64,000 nucleotides of DNA. It comes from an uncultured Chloroflexia bacterium. Lineage in GTDB: Bacteria; Chloroflexota; Limnocylindria; Limnocylindrales; CSP1-4. The stretch's first letter is position 1. The number at the start of each line of letters is the position of its first letter. A model generated the notes under the pieces. It worked only from the letters and a program-made list of their open reading frames with translations, made no database searches and was not told where the DNA came from. Where the stretch lies: NCBI GenBank assembly GCA_963728605.1, contig CAVSKS010000009.1, positions 599,317 through 663,316 of the forward strand. The letters run 5' to 3'. Made by a program: the position numbers and the translations under genes. Of this stretch, positions 25,319 through 34,964 are shown piece by piece.

Positions 25319-26983
25319 TCACGCGCCCCGCGGCACCTCGCCAAGATGGGCGCTGACGACGAGTTCGGCCGCCGCGCGGCTGTCGCGGTGGCCGGTCACG
25401 GCGGCGAGGAAGACCTCGCGCGGGAGGGCCAGCAGCTCGACCCCCGTGACGGCGATCACCGTGGCGGTCCTGGGGACGTCGCGGATGAGGGCGATCTCCC
25501 CGAACTGGGTGCCGGCGCCCTGGCGGCGGACGACGGCCCCGTCGATCGACACCTCGACCTCCCCATCGGCCACGATGAAGAGGCGGTCGCCGGCGTCGCC
25601 CTGCTGGATGACGGTCGCGCCCGGCGCGAAGCGCATCGGCTCGAGGTTGAGCGCAAGGCGTTCGAGGACGGCCGGCGTGAGCGGCGTAAACATCGGGATC
25701 CCGCGAAGCAGCGCCAGCTCCCGGACGGGGACCACGGCGGCCGCGTCGAGCCGGCGGAGCGTCCGCCAGGACGGGACCAGCGCCAGCGGCAACAGCAGGC
25801 CGGCGACGACGAAGGCCCCCTGCGTGCCGACGAGCGCGATCAGCACCGCCGCCAGCGCGCCGCCGAGGCCGAACGCGCCCATGTACATCGCTTCCAGGAC
25901 GCCCAGCACCCGCGACAGGACAGCATTCGGGGTGGCGCGCTGGAGCAGCGTCAGGCTGATGACGTCCTGCACGGCCCGCCCCGCGCCGGCGATGACCAGG
26001 AGGACCACCGCAACCGCGCCGATCGGCAGCAGGCCGATGCCGGCGAGCGGCAGACCCCAACAGACCAGGGCAATCACGAACGGGCCCGCCAGGCGGAGGC
26101 GGCCGGCGAGCGACAGGGCCACTGCGGAGCCGACGAGCCCGCCCACTCCGGCCACCGCGTTCAGGTAGCCGGCGCCACTCGGCCCGAGGTCGGTGAGCTC
26201 CAGCGCGAAGACGACGAGGAGCACGTCGAGCAGCCCCCACACGAGTGACGCGGCGCCGATGAGGAGCACAATCAGGCGCGGGCCGGACAGCGAGGCGACG
26301 GCGCCCGCGCCCGCGGCGAGCTCGCGGAGCACGGCCCGGGCACCGGACGCCGGACGCCCTGCACCTGTCGCGCCCGGGATGTCGATCGTTGCCACGCCCA
26401 GCGCGGACAGCCCGGCGATCGCCGCCGCGACGAGCAGTGCGGCCCCGCCGCCCCACCCCGCCACCACGAGGCCGGCAACCACCTGCCCGAGGAGGATTCC
26501 GACGTTCTCCATCGTCGCCGACGCCGCGTTCGCGGCGGTCAGCTCGGCCGGCGTCCGGGCGATCGACGGAAGCAACGAGAAGTGCGCCGGGCGCGTGATC
26601 GTCACGACGCACGCGCCGAGGATGGCGAAGCCGTAGACGAGCACCGCGGGTCCGGCGGCGAGGACCGCCAGGGCGGTCGTAACCATGAGCCCCGCCTGCA
26701 GCCCGTAGGACAGGAGCAACACCCGATCGCGGCGGAACCGGTCGCCCAGCGACGCTGCGAGAGGCGCCGCCACTGTGGCCGGTAGCAGCTGGAGCACCGA
26801 CACCGCGCCCGCCTCGACCGCGCCGCCGCGCTCGAAGGCGTAGAGAAGGATCGCGAGCCAGCGCGCCCAGTCGGCGAAGTTGAAGCCGGCGAATGCGAGG
26901 ACGACACGCCGCAGGCGGCGGTTGCCCATGACGAGTCTGAGCGTCGCAAGCCGTCGCATCCCGCGCGAAGCATCCCACGCCAC
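25319..26983 (-). CDS. MFS transporter fused to a C-terminal cyclic-nucleotide-binding domain
   Basis: About 12 TM helices, then FAPGATVIQQGDAGDRLFIVADGEVEV...GTQFGEIALIRDVPRTATVIA (cNMP-binding fold). Confidence 0.8.
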   Translation of the reverse strand: MAWDASRGMRRLATLRLVMGNRRLRRVVLAFAGFNFADWARWLAILLYAFERGGAVEAGAVSVLQLLPATVAAPLAASLGDRFRRDRVLLLSYGLQAGLMVTTALAVLAAGPAVLVYGFAILGACVVTITRPAHFSLLPSIARTPAELTAANAASATMENVGILLGQVVAGLVVAGWGGGAALLVAAAIAGLSALGVATIDIPGATGAGRPASGARAVLRELAAGAGAVASLSGPRLIVLLIGAASLVWGLLDVLLVVFALELTDLGPSGAGYLNAVAGVGGLVGSAVALSLAGRLRLAGPFVIALVCWGLPLAGIGLLPIGAVAVVLLVIAGAGRAVQDVISLTLLQRATPNAVLSRVLGVLEAMYMGAFGLGGALAAVLIALVGTQGAFVVAGLLLPLALVPSWRTLRRLDAAAVVPVRELALLRGIPMFTPLTPAVLERLALNLEPMRFAPGATVIQQGDAGDRLFIVADGEVEVSIDGAVVRRQGAGTQFGEIALIRDVPRTATVIAVTGVELLALPREVFLAAVTGHRDSRAAAELVVSAHLGEVPRGA

Positions 26984-27171
26984 GCGGCGCGCTCGCGGTC
27001 GTTCCGGCAGCGTTCCCGATAGGCGACGCCTGCGGCCGCCGTCCCGGTTCCCGTCCGAACGGTCGTCGCCTCTGAACTATTTTGAACGTTCCGGGTGCGC
27101 CGGCGGATCGATGTCCCAGAGCGCCGCTCATTCGCTACCTGGCGAGGCGGACGGCAGGAAGGGAGATTGAC

Positions 27172-27708
27172 GTGGATCGAGGATCGAAGCGGCTCGCAGG
27201 TTGGGCCGCGAGCGTGCTCGTCAGCCTGTTGGCATCTGGGCTCGTCCCGGGCACCGTCATGGCTGGGGGGCCAGACCATCAAGGACCGTTCGTCAACGAG
27301 TACTCGTTCATCGGCTTCGGGTGCGGATCCTTCGACGTCCTGATCGAGGGCGCCGGCACCGACGAGTTCACCATCTGGACCGATGCCTCCGGCGAGGTCG
27401 AACGCGTCCTGTATCGCGCTCGCTACCCGCATGACACGCTCACGAACACTGTGACCGGGCGCTCGATCGTCGTCCGCGCGGCGTTCGAGGAGCGCATCGT
27501 CCGGATCCCGGGCACGGACGAGTACACCAAGACGATTACCGGTTTTCGCTATCTCGTGAACGAGCCCGGCGCCGGGGTCACCATCCGTGACGTCGGCCGG
27601 ATCGTGTACGGCGATCTCGACCAGTCGATCGTGCTGTGGCAGGCGGGCGAGCACAACCTGGCGCTCGACGATCAGTTCGAGGCGTTGTTCTGTGCCGCAC
27701 TGGCGTGA
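27172..27708 (+). CDS. secreted hypothetical protein
   Basis: GTG at 27172 with AAGGGAG upstream. Signal peptide LAGWAASVLVSLLASGLVPGTVMAGG. Confidence 0.55.
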   Translation: MDRGSKRLAGWAASVLVSLLASGLVPGTVMAGGPDHQGPFVNEYSFIGFGCGSFDVLIEGAGTDEFTIWTDASGEVERVLYRARYPHDTLTNTVTGRSIVVRAAFEERIVRIPGTDEYTKTITGFRYLVNEPGAGVTIRDVGRIVYGDLDQSIVLWQAGEHNLALDDQFEALFCAALA

Positions 27709-27724
27709 CGTCGATACTCGCGTC

Positions 27725-28492
27725 GTGAAGAGCCTGCTCGCGGGACTGGCAACTGTCCTGCTCGCCGCCTGCCAGGGTGGAGGGGGTGCGGCATCGCCGC
27801 TCCCCTCCCCGGTGACGGCTGCCTCGGCACCAGCGGCGACCGCCGTCACCACGAGCCCGGCCACGAGCGAAGGCCCACCGACGGTGCGCCGCATGGATGG
27901 CGCGTACCTGTACGGCGGCGATGACGTCGTCCACCCAGCGGGGCTGTATGCGGCGCCGAGCTTCGCCTACCCGTTCACGGCCGAGCTGAATACGCCCCTC
28001 GGGATACGCGAGTCGGGCCAGTCGGAGCTCTTCGTCTTCATCGGTCAGGACAAGAACGCGCCGGCGAACGGTGACGAGGAGTTCGACGCCATGTTCCTGC
28101 GACAGGTCATCGATCCCACCGATCAGCGCTCGCTCAGCACGTTCGACGGAGATCCGTTCGAGTGGTTCATCGACCACACTCGCCTATCGCTGGTGACGGG
28201 CTCGCGGACCGAGCTCGAGGTCGACGAGCTGACCGCTCATCAGGCGGAATTTCTGCCCGCGAGTACGGTTTCCTGCGGGAACTTCCACCCGAATCTCCAA
28301 TGCGTCCTCATCGGCTTCGGGCCGGACGGCGACGAGCCGTTTGCACTGTTCGGCGGCAGCCGCCTGCGGATCGTAGTCGTCGAGCACGAGGATCGTGACC
28401 TGGTCTTTGCATATCAGGCCGCCGACACCGACGCCTTCGCCGCGAAGGTCGCGGTCTTCGATCACTGGATCCGGACGGTCGACTTTTTGTGA
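27725..28492 (+). CDS. lipoprotein, hypothetical
   Basis: Lipobox LLAACQGG, then a Thr/Ala/Pro-rich linker and a globular domain. Confidence 0.6.
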   Translation: MKSLLAGLATVLLAACQGGGGAASPLPSPVTAASAPAATAVTTSPATSEGPPTVRRMDGAYLYGGDDVVHPAGLYAAPSFAYPFTAELNTPLGIRESGQSELFVFIGQDKNAPANGDEEFDAMFLRQVIDPTDQRSLSTFDGDPFEWFIDHTRLSLVTGSRTELEVDELTAHQAEFLPASTVSCGNFHPNLQCVLIGFGPDGDEPFALFGGSRLRIVVVEHEDRDLVFAYQAADTDAFAAKVAVFDHWIRTVDFL

Positions 28493-28563
28493 TCGTCGTC
28501 GGGCTGCGGATGCCGACGCTGATCGCCTGGCTCGTGGGAGGCGATGCCCTCGTCTCCGGACGA

Positions 28564-29121
28564 ATGCTGGCGGGTGCGACTCGGGTCGAGCTGGTCGAGC
28601 GGGCCAGAGCCGGCGACCCGGATGCCTTTGAGGCATTGATCCGCGCCGTCGGGGATCACCTGTTGGCCGTCGCTCGGAAGATTCTCCGCGACCCCGATGC
28701 GGCGGACGACGCGCTGCAGCAGGCGGTCATTCGCGGCTGGCGAAGCTTGCCGCTGCTCCGTGACCCATCCCAATTCGACCAGTGGCTGTACCGAATCCTC
28801 GTCATGAGCTGTTACGGCGAGGCCAATCGTCGAAAGCGGCTTGCAGGCGAGGTCCGCTTTCTGGCTCCCGAGGCGAGCACGGGCGATGCCGCCGGGGCGA
28901 TCGCCGACCGTGACGCCCTGGAGCGGGCATTCCGAGCCATGACCCCTGCGCATCGGGCAGTGATCGTGTTGCACTACTTCGCCGACCTGCCCCTGACCGA
29001 GGTCGCCGCCACCCTGCGCGTGAGCCCCGGCACGGCGCGATCGCGGCTGCACTACGCGCTCCGGTCCCTTCGATCCGCCCTCGAGGCGATGGACCGCGAA
29101 GACCGGGGGAGCTCGAGATGA
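28564..29121 (+). CDS. ECF (sigma-70 family) RNA polymerase sigma factor
   Basis: ELVERARAGDPDAFEALIRAV...DALQQAVIRGW...LPLTEVAATLRVSPGTARSRLHYALRSLR (regions 2 and 4). Confidence 0.8.
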   Translation: MLAGATRVELVERARAGDPDAFEALIRAVGDHLLAVARKILRDPDAADDALQQAVIRGWRSLPLLRDPSQFDQWLYRILVMSCYGEANRRKRLAGEVRFLAPEASTGDAAGAIADRDALERAFRAMTPAHRAVIVLHYFADLPLTEVAATLRVSPGTARSRLHYALRSLRSALEAMDREDRGSSR

Positions 29122-30779
29122 GCGACGTGTCTCGCGACAGCGGGCTCGACGAGCGGATCAGGCGCTGGCTCGTCGCCGATGAGTTCGCCAGCGCCAGCCC
29201 CGTCCTGGACGCCGCGTTCGCGCAGATCGTCCACGTCCGGCAGCAGCGAAGATGGCCGTGGTCCGAGCTCGCCGAGGCGCTCGGGCAGCCGGCGTCCCTC
29301 AGGCTGCCTCGCTGGGCGTGGGTCGTCGTCGTGCTGATGCTCGCCGGGCTCCTCGCCGTTGCGTTCATCGCGGGCGCCGATCGCCTGCGACCGTTGCTCG
29401 ATCGCCTGACCGCACTGCCGGCCACCGCCGCGCAGCTGACCGTGGCGTCCTGCCCGGCAGAGCTGCTCTCGGCCGCGGACGTGGTCTGCAGCACCGCGAC
29501 CGTCCCCCGCCGGCACGGCGACCCGCCAGCCGGGACGCTCAGCCTATCGGTGACCGAGTACGGCCCGCGCGCCGCGCCGGGCGTCGGGGGCCAGGATGCC
29601 GTACCCATCCTGGTCATCGACCTCCCCGACCCCTTCGGCGAGCAGACCCGGGTGGACTTCGACCGCATCGCGCGCGCCGATCGTCGCCAGATCATCTCCG
29701 TCGCTCCTCGCGGAACCGCTCCGGGGGACGAAACCGTCGCCTGTCCGGAGCTCGAGGCGGCTGCGAACCCGTCCGCCTGGCTGGCCGATGGCGGCGTTCA
29801 GACGGCCGTCGCAAGCGCCGTGGCCGCGTGCCGCGATCGACAGGCGGCGGCAGGCGTAGATCTGGCCGCGTTCGAGCCGATCGAGATGGCTGCCGACCTG
29901 GAATCGGTCCGGCTCTCCCTCGGGGTCGACCGGTGGATCGTGCGAGCGCGCGGTCGCGAGGCAATGCTCGCGTTGGAACTGGCTCGGCGGTACCCGGCGA
30001 GCGTCTCCGGCGTCGTGCTGGTCAACCCGATGCTCCCGGGCGAAGACACGCAACGGTCGAGCTTCGACGGCCTGGACGCCGCCCTCGCCGAGCTGTCGAG
30101 GATGTGCGCCGCCGATGCCTTTTGCGCGACCCGCTACACACTACCGAGCGAGGCGTTCGCAGCCCTCGACGAGACACTCGGTGCGGGAGGCGTCCCGGTC
30201 TCAGTTAGGGACGCGTCTGGCGTCGACGTGATCGTCAAGGTCGAACCGGAGCTGCTTCGGGCCGCGGTTCGCGACGCCCTGGCGCGAACCCCGTCAATCG
30301 GCACCCTTCCCGCCCGGCTCGACGGCGCCGCCGCCGGCGACCTCGAGTGGCTGGCACAGGCGCTCATCGATCGAGGCTGGTGCCTGGGATCCGAGCTGCG
30401 ATGTTCGCTGGAAACGGGCTGGTCCGGCGGCGCCGAGCTCTCCATGGGCTGCGCAGCAGGAGAGGCGTCGGATCCGTGGCTGCTCATCTGTCCCGCATGG
30501 CTGGGCGCTGGCAAGGGCCAGTCTGCCGGCGCATCGGGCATCCAGGTGCCGATCGTGGCCATCGTTGGCACGGTGGGTCCGTGGACCAGCGAGCCGCGGG
30601 TCCGGGCAGCCTTGCAGGAGGTGCCGGACGCAGCCATCGTCGTGGCCCCGTGGGCGCCCGAGGGCTTCGAGTTCCAGTGCCTTCAGGCCAGCGGTCCTTC
30701 CTGGTACGCGACCGCCGACCGCGCGGCGTCATTCACGTGCCCCGACGTGGCTCTGCCCGTCTTCGCCGACGCTCCCTGA
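29118..30779 (+). CDS. anti-sigma factor: N-terminal cytoplasmic segment and TM helix, with an extracytoplasmic alpha/beta-hydrolase-like domain
   Basis: Overlaps the sigma stop. TM helix WAWVVVVLMLAGLLAVAFIAG. C-terminal domain with VSGVVLVNPMLPG. Confidence 0.65.
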   Translation: MSDVSRDSGLDERIRRWLVADEFASASPVLDAAFAQIVHVRQQRRWPWSELAEALGQPASLRLPRWAWVVVVLMLAGLLAVAFIAGADRLRPLLDRLTALPATAAQLTVASCPAELLSAADVVCSTATVPRRHGDPPAGTLSLSVTEYGPRAAPGVGGQDAVPILVIDLPDPFGEQTRVDFDRIARADRRQIISVAPRGTAPGDETVACPELEAAANPSAWLADGGVQTAVASAVAACRDRQAAAGVDLAAFEPIEMAADLESVRLSLGVDRWIVRARGREAMLALELARRYPASVSGVVLVNPMLPGEDTQRSSFDGLDAALAELSRMCAADAFCATRYTLPSEAFAALDETLGAGGVPVSVRDASGVDVIVKVEPELLRAAVRDALARTPSIGTLPARLDGAAAGDLEWLAQALIDRGWCLGSELRCSLETGWSGGAELSMGCAAGEASDPWLLICPAWLGAGKGQSAGASGIQVPIVAIVGTVGPWTSEPRVRAALQEVPDAAIVVAPWAPEGFEFQCLQASGPSWYATADRAASFTCPDVALPVFADAP

Positions 30780-30976
30780 CCATAATGCTGTCGATACGCC
30801 ACGACGGCGCGATGTGCGCCTTGCGGTCGAAGAGCGGCAGGTAGCACATGACCGCGTTCAATCCGTCGTCGGTCTCGGTGCGAAGGGCAAGCGGCTGGCG
30901 GAGCGGATGCGCCAAGTGGCCAACGTAGGGACGCACGGTCCTCTGAGTCGGTAGGGCGCCTCGGCATTCCTTCCCG

Positions 30977-31400
30977 CTACCAGACGACCTCGACATCGCG
31001 AGTGGATCGAGCAAAGCCACGGAGCCGCTCGTCCTTGGTCACCAGCGGGACACGGTGGTCTCGCGCCGTGGCATAGAGCAATCGATCGATCGGGTCGCCC
31101 GGGAAGTGGGTTGGCAGCCCACCGGCCAATGCCGCTGCCTCCGTGGTCAGTGCCGCCTCCACCACCCGGTCCGCTGCCATGAGCGCGACCGCCCAGGCAA
31201 CGGGATCGCGGTCCAGCGTGACCCGGCCGAGCCGGACCAGGGTTGCGATCTCCCAGCAGCTAACGGGGCTGACGAGCAGAGCATCGGCCTGATCGATCGT
31301 CCGCCTGGCTGCCCGGGAGAGTCGCTTCCCGCCCGCCTTCCACCACAGGACGACGTGGGTGTCGAGTAGAGGGTCTTGACCAGCCGGACCGCGCAGAGCC
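30977..31400 (-). pseudogene. PIN-domain (VapC-like) gene whose native start has been replaced by the first about 20 codons of an S4-domain gene in another frame
   Basis: PIN frame reads QDPLLDTHVVLWW...LVSPVSCWEIATL...VPLVTKDERL with no ATG, GTG or TTG start. Upstream, MADNTRIDRWLCAVRLVKT (S4/Hsp15-like N-terminus) runs in a different frame. Confidence 0.45.
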
Positions 31401-31420
31401 AGCGATCGATCCGGGTGTTA
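31368..31420. repeat. about 50-bp repeat (5' end of S4/Hsp15-like gene), second copy at 33476-33531
   Basis: gggtcttgaccagccggaccgcgcagagccagcgatc is nearly identical in both places. Confidence 0.6.
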
Positions 31421-31453
31421 TCGGCCATGGGCAATTCTGCGACCATGCACCGC

Positions 31454-31942
31454 ATGGCGAGCTACCAATTCGTCACCGAGTGGCGCCTCCGCGCGCCCAT
31501 CGACCAGGTCTTCGGGGCGATCGACGACGTCGATGCCTGGCCGACCTGGTGGCCGATGGTGCGGGCGGTCGATCACGTGCGCGAGGGTGATACCGACCGA
31601 ATTGGCGCAGTCAATCGGCTGACCTTCGTCGGCCGGCTCCCCTATCGCCTGGCGTTCGACATGGAGGTGACCCGGCGCGAGCCTCCGACGGCGCTGTCGG
31701 GCTCGGCCACGGGCGAGCTCGAAGGCGTCGGCGAGTGGACGCTGCACGAGGACGGCGAGTGGACCGTCGTGCGCTACGTCTGGGCGATCCGGACCACCCG
31801 TCCCTGGATGAACGCCCTCGCTCCCGTGCCCTTCGTCAAGGAGATCTTCGCGCTCAACCATCACGCGGTCATGCGCAACGGCCTGGATGGCATTCGCCGG
31901 CGGCTCGGCCGCATCGAAGGGACCTACTCGCGCAACGACTGA
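31454..31942 (+). CDS. SRPBCC-superfamily protein (polyketide cyclase/dehydrase-like)
   Basis: Internal ATG at 31454. MASYQFVTEWRLRAPIDQVFGAIDDVDAWPTWWP is typical of SRPBCC proteins. Confidence 0.7.
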   Translation: MASYQFVTEWRLRAPIDQVFGAIDDVDAWPTWWPMVRAVDHVREGDTDRIGAVNRLTFVGRLPYRLAFDMEVTRREPPTALSGSATGELEGVGEWTLHEDGEWTVVRYVWAIRTTRPWMNALAPVPFVKEIFALNHHAVMRNGLDGIRRRLGRIEGTYSRND

Positions 31943-32057
31943 GCGGCGCAGCTAGGTGTCGTAGTCCTGGATCCGCCTGCCGTGGCTGCGGTCGAGGAGG
32001 GCCGGCATCCGCTCTCCCATCTCCTTGACGACCGCCGCCGGTGGACTTCGGGCGAGA

Positions 32058-32879
32058 CTACCTAAGCCGGCTACCGGGCTGGAAATCCCCGCGAAGCCAG
32101 CGGACGAAGAACATGGCGTGCCGGACGTACGTGCCGATCGTGTCCTGCTGGCGACCGGCGGCCTCGATCGCCTGGCCGTAGCGACCGACCTGCCCGAACA
32201 ACTCGTCGGTCGAGACCGCTCCCGGGGGGACAGGCCGGCCCGTGCCCGTGGCACCTCTCGGCCGGTATTCGCCGGTGCGCCAGTCGAGGAACCGACGGGC
32301 GTAGTCCCAGTAGGAGTGGACGCTGTTGCGGGTCATGCCCGCATCCTGTGCCTCCCGCTCGTAGCGGGCCAGGGCGTCGCGTAGCTGCTCGTCCGTCATG
32401 ACCTCAACCCTTCCATACATTCCTTGCGCGGGGGATTCGGACACGCGACGCTGCCTGCCGAACGGGTTCTCGACGCCGACGTCTCCGTAGGTCTGGCCGT
32501 CGGCCAGATCCTCGGAGAGGACGACACGGCAGCCGGCCGACCGCGCCGCCTCGATGACCAGGGCGTCCCAGTAGGAGATCCCCCACGACACGCTGCCATC
32601 GATCGCCGCCGCGACATGGTCGGCGTCGAGAGCGACGCACGGCAGCCGGCGCAGCTCGTCGATCATCCGAGCCGCCTCACCCTCCCCTAACGGCCTGGCG
32701 AGCTTGCGGGTTACCGTGACATAGAACTCGCCGAGGACCTGCGAGGACACCACCAGCTCGACGTTCGGCTCTGGTGTCAGGACCTGGCGGGCCCGCTCTC
32801 GCTTGGCCGGGTCAGCAGCGTCGACCGCGTAGACCCAGACGTTCGTGTCAACGAACGTTCGAGCGGTCATGGAGGTCAT
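32058..32879 (-). CDS. vapC: PIN-domain toxin (VapC) with an about 130-aa C-terminal extension of unknown function in the same frame
   Basis: TFVDTNVWVYAVDAAD...VVSSQVLGEF. Continues without a stop into MTDEQLRDALARYEREAQDAGMTRNSVHSYWDYARRFLDWRTGEY... Confidence 0.65.
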   Translation of the reverse strand: MTSMTARTFVDTNVWVYAVDAADPAKRERARQVLTPEPNVELVVSSQVLGEFYVTVTRKLARPLGEGEAARMIDELRRLPCVALDADHVAAAIDGSVSWGISYWDALVIEAARSAGCRVVLSEDLADGQTYGDVGVENPFGRQRRVSESPAQGMYGRVEVMTDEQLRDALARYEREAQDAGMTRNSVHSYWDYARRFLDWRTGEYRPRGATGTGRPVPPGAVSTDELFGQVGRYGQAIEAAGRQQDTIGTYVRHAMFFVRWLRGDFQPGSRLR

Positions 32880-33093
32880 CGCGGGTCCAGGTCCTCCCTC
32901 CCCGACCGCTGGATGCGTCGACCGATCCGGCGATGCCGAGGAAGCGCGTGAGCGCTCCGTGCGCCGGGTCGGCCCCGGCGAAGGTGGCCAGGTATTCGCT
33001 CAGGACCGCATTAACCGATGTGCCGCGCTCCGCGGCGCGGGCACGCGCTCTGCGGAGGAGGCGGTCATCGACGGTGATCGTCAGATTTGCCAT
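32848..33093 (-). CDS. vapB: VapB-type ribbon-helix-helix antitoxin
   Basis: MANLTITVDDRLLRRARARAAERGTSVNAVLSEYL. GGGAGG ribosome-binding site. Confidence 0.7.
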   Translation of the reverse strand: MANLTITVDDRLLRRARARAAERGTSVNAVLSEYLATFAGADPAHGALTRFLGIAGSVDASSGRGGRTWTRDDLHDRSNVR

Positions 33094-33146
33094 AGTGCCT
33101 CCCGTGTAACACGGTTCATTATATAGCCTGACCGTGCGGGGTCAAT
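33094..33146 (-). promoter_or_regulatory. putative promoter (TTGACC -35, TATATAAT extended -10) and operator inverted repeat CCGTGT-a-ACACGG for the vapBC operon
   Basis: Inverted repeat at 33102-33114, between the -10 and the ribosome-binding site. AT-rich -10 at 33118-33125. Confidence 0.4.
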
Positions 33147-33159
33147 CTGTGACGCATGG

Positions 33160-33531
33160 TCACGCCTGGCCGGCCCGCCGCATCCGCTCGAGCTCGCGGC
33201 GGAGCCGCTTGCTCGGCCGGCCCTCGCCACGGACCGCCTTGATGCCCGGGGCGATCTCCCGGACGACTGGCGGTGGGCTGTTGTCGACATAGCAGGTGAC
33301 GGCGACTGCCGCGCCGACGCGCGTCTCGATCGGCCGGACGACCTCGACGATCCGCTCCCGGTCGGCGATCAGGGCGCGGACGACGTCTGTGGCACGGACC
33401 TTCGTCGACGGCTTGGCCGGGTGGTCGTTGACGCGGACGTGCCCGCCTTCGCACAGCTGGGTCGCCAGGGGCCGGGTCTTGACCAGCCGGACCGCGCAGA
33501 GCCAGCGATCAATTCGCGTGTCTTCGTTCAT
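33160..33531 (-). CDS. S4-domain RNA-binding protein (ribosome-associated heat-shock protein Hsp15-like)
   Basis: Internal ATG at 33531. MNEDTRIDRWLCAVRLVKTRPLATQLCEGGHVRVNDHPAKPSTKVRATDVV is the S4 signature. Confidence 0.7.
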   Translation of the reverse strand: MNEDTRIDRWLCAVRLVKTRPLATQLCEGGHVRVNDHPAKPSTKVRATDVVRALIADRERIVEVVRPIETRVGAAVAVTCYVDNSPPPVVREIAPGIKAVRGEGRPSKRLRRELERMRRAGQA

Positions 33532-34274
33532 GCGTAGCCGCCGGCACGCTTCAGCACGGCGACCTCGGGATACGCGCCGGGCGAGCCGTAGCCGTGCTCG
33601 ACTAGCCAGCGGATGTTGGATAGGCATCGCAACGACCACCACGCGCGGATGAGGTCGCCGTCGACATCGGTGCCGTAGCCGGCGAGGACATCCGCAAGGT
33701 GCTCCGGGTGTCCCAGGGTGAGGGTGGCAAGGTCGAAGAGCGCGTCGCCCTTGGACGCCTCGGACCAGTCGAGCACGCCCGTGATCCCGTCATCCGTGGC
33801 GAAGACGTGATCGACCTGCAGGTCCCCATGGATGAACACCGGACTCCACGCCCGAAGTGCGGTCTCCGCGAGCCGCCGGTTCCGACTGACAACATCCGCG
33901 GGAAGCACGTCGTTCGCGACGAGCCACCCGGACTCGCTGTCGAGGCGCGCTGCGAGATCGTCGAGGCTCGGACCAGGCCATGGCGGCAGCGGCGAGCCGT
34001 GAAGCGTGCGGACGGCAGCACCTGACGCTCTCCACGCCGCCGCCGACGCGGTCGACGGCTTTCCAAGCCGACCCAGTGGCGCCCCCGGCACCGGGGCGAG
34101 TGCGAGCACGTGCGGCCTCCTCCACAACACCTCCGGGGTCGGGACCGGCGCCAGCGCCATGGCCTCGACCTCGATGTCGAGGCGCCGCTGATCCGCGTCG
34201 ACCTTCAGGAATACGTCGCCGACGCGCAGCGTCGCGCGCTCGCGATGGGCGACCACGATCTCGACTTGATCCAT
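33528..34274 (-). CDS. aminoglycoside phosphotransferase (APH)/choline-kinase-family protein
   Basis: Internal ATG at 34274. IHGDLQVDHVF...GVLDWSEASKGDALFDLA is the APH catalytic motif. Confidence 0.7.
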   Translation of the reverse strand: MDQVEIVVAHRERATLRVGDVFLKVDADQRRLDIEVEAMALAPVPTPEVLWRRPHVLALAPVPGAPLGRLGKPSTASAAAWRASGAAVRTLHGSPLPPWPGPSLDDLAARLDSESGWLVANDVLPADVVSRNRRLAETALRAWSPVFIHGDLQVDHVFATDDGITGVLDWSEASKGDALFDLATLTLGHPEHLADVLAGYGTDVDGDLIRAWWSLRCLSNIRWLVEHGYGSPGAYPEVAVLKRAGGYA

Positions 34275-34412
34275 GCCGGGATTATCAGCGCTGCCCGTCA
34301 CATCCCAAGTCGAGCCAGGCCAGGCGGATGGAAAGTGACTCGGCGCCGTAGAAGGATCGTCGAATTCGGCCGCCTTCGGAATCAATCCGGCTTCGAGCCG
34401 TATCTCTATGGC

Positions 34413-34964
34413 ATGGTGGACACGATGGCGGTCCTTGTCGCGGACCTGGTGCAAGCTGCGGCGACTGGGGACGAGTCGGCGTTTACGGAGCTCGTCTCGC
34501 GCCATCACCGCGACATGCTGCGGGTCGCGTATGTAATCTGCCGAGACCCAGCTCTGGCGGAAGACGCGGCTCAGGCGGCCTGGGCGATCGCCTGGCGTCG
34601 GATCGGCGACGTGAAGGACTCGACCCAGATCCGGGGCTGGCTCGTCGCGGTTGCCGCGAACGAGGCCCGCCGGGCGATGCGGTCGCGTCGGCCGATGATC
34701 CATGAGATCTCGGTCGGCGACATCGAGCTCGAAGGGGTGCCAGACGTCCACTCGGACCCGTTGGCCGACACCATCGCCAGCTCGGACCTGCGCCGCGTCC
34801 TCGAGTCCCTTGATCCGACAGACCGGGCGCTGATCGCCCTTCGCTACGTCGCCGAGCTCAGCTCCGACGAGATCGGACGCGCCCTCGGCATGTCTTCGTC
34901 TGGCGCCCGTGGCCGGCTCTCGCGCCTGCTGCTCCGGCTCCGGGGAGAACTTCGCGATGCATGA
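34413..34964 (+). CDS. ECF sigma factor
   Basis: Internal ATG at 34413. DESAFTELVSRHHRDMLRVAYVI...AQAAWAIAWRR...LSSDEIGRALGMSSSGARGRLSR. Confidence 0.8.
   Translation: MVDTMAVLVADLVQAAATGDESAFTELVSRHHRDMLRVAYVICRDPALAEDAAQAAWAIAWRRIGDVKDSTQIRGWLVAVAANEARRAMRSRRPMIHEISVGDIELEGVPDVHSDPLADTIASSDLRRVLESLDPTDRALIALRYVAELSSDEIGRALGMSSSGARGRLSRLLLRLRGELRDA

Noticed and set aside
25263-27131. Long ORFs antisense or out of frame to the MFS-cNMP gene (25263..27131 minus, 25346..26248 plus)
   Set aside because: Arg-rich shadow frames. The MFS frame has the TM-helix periodicity and the high third-position GC.
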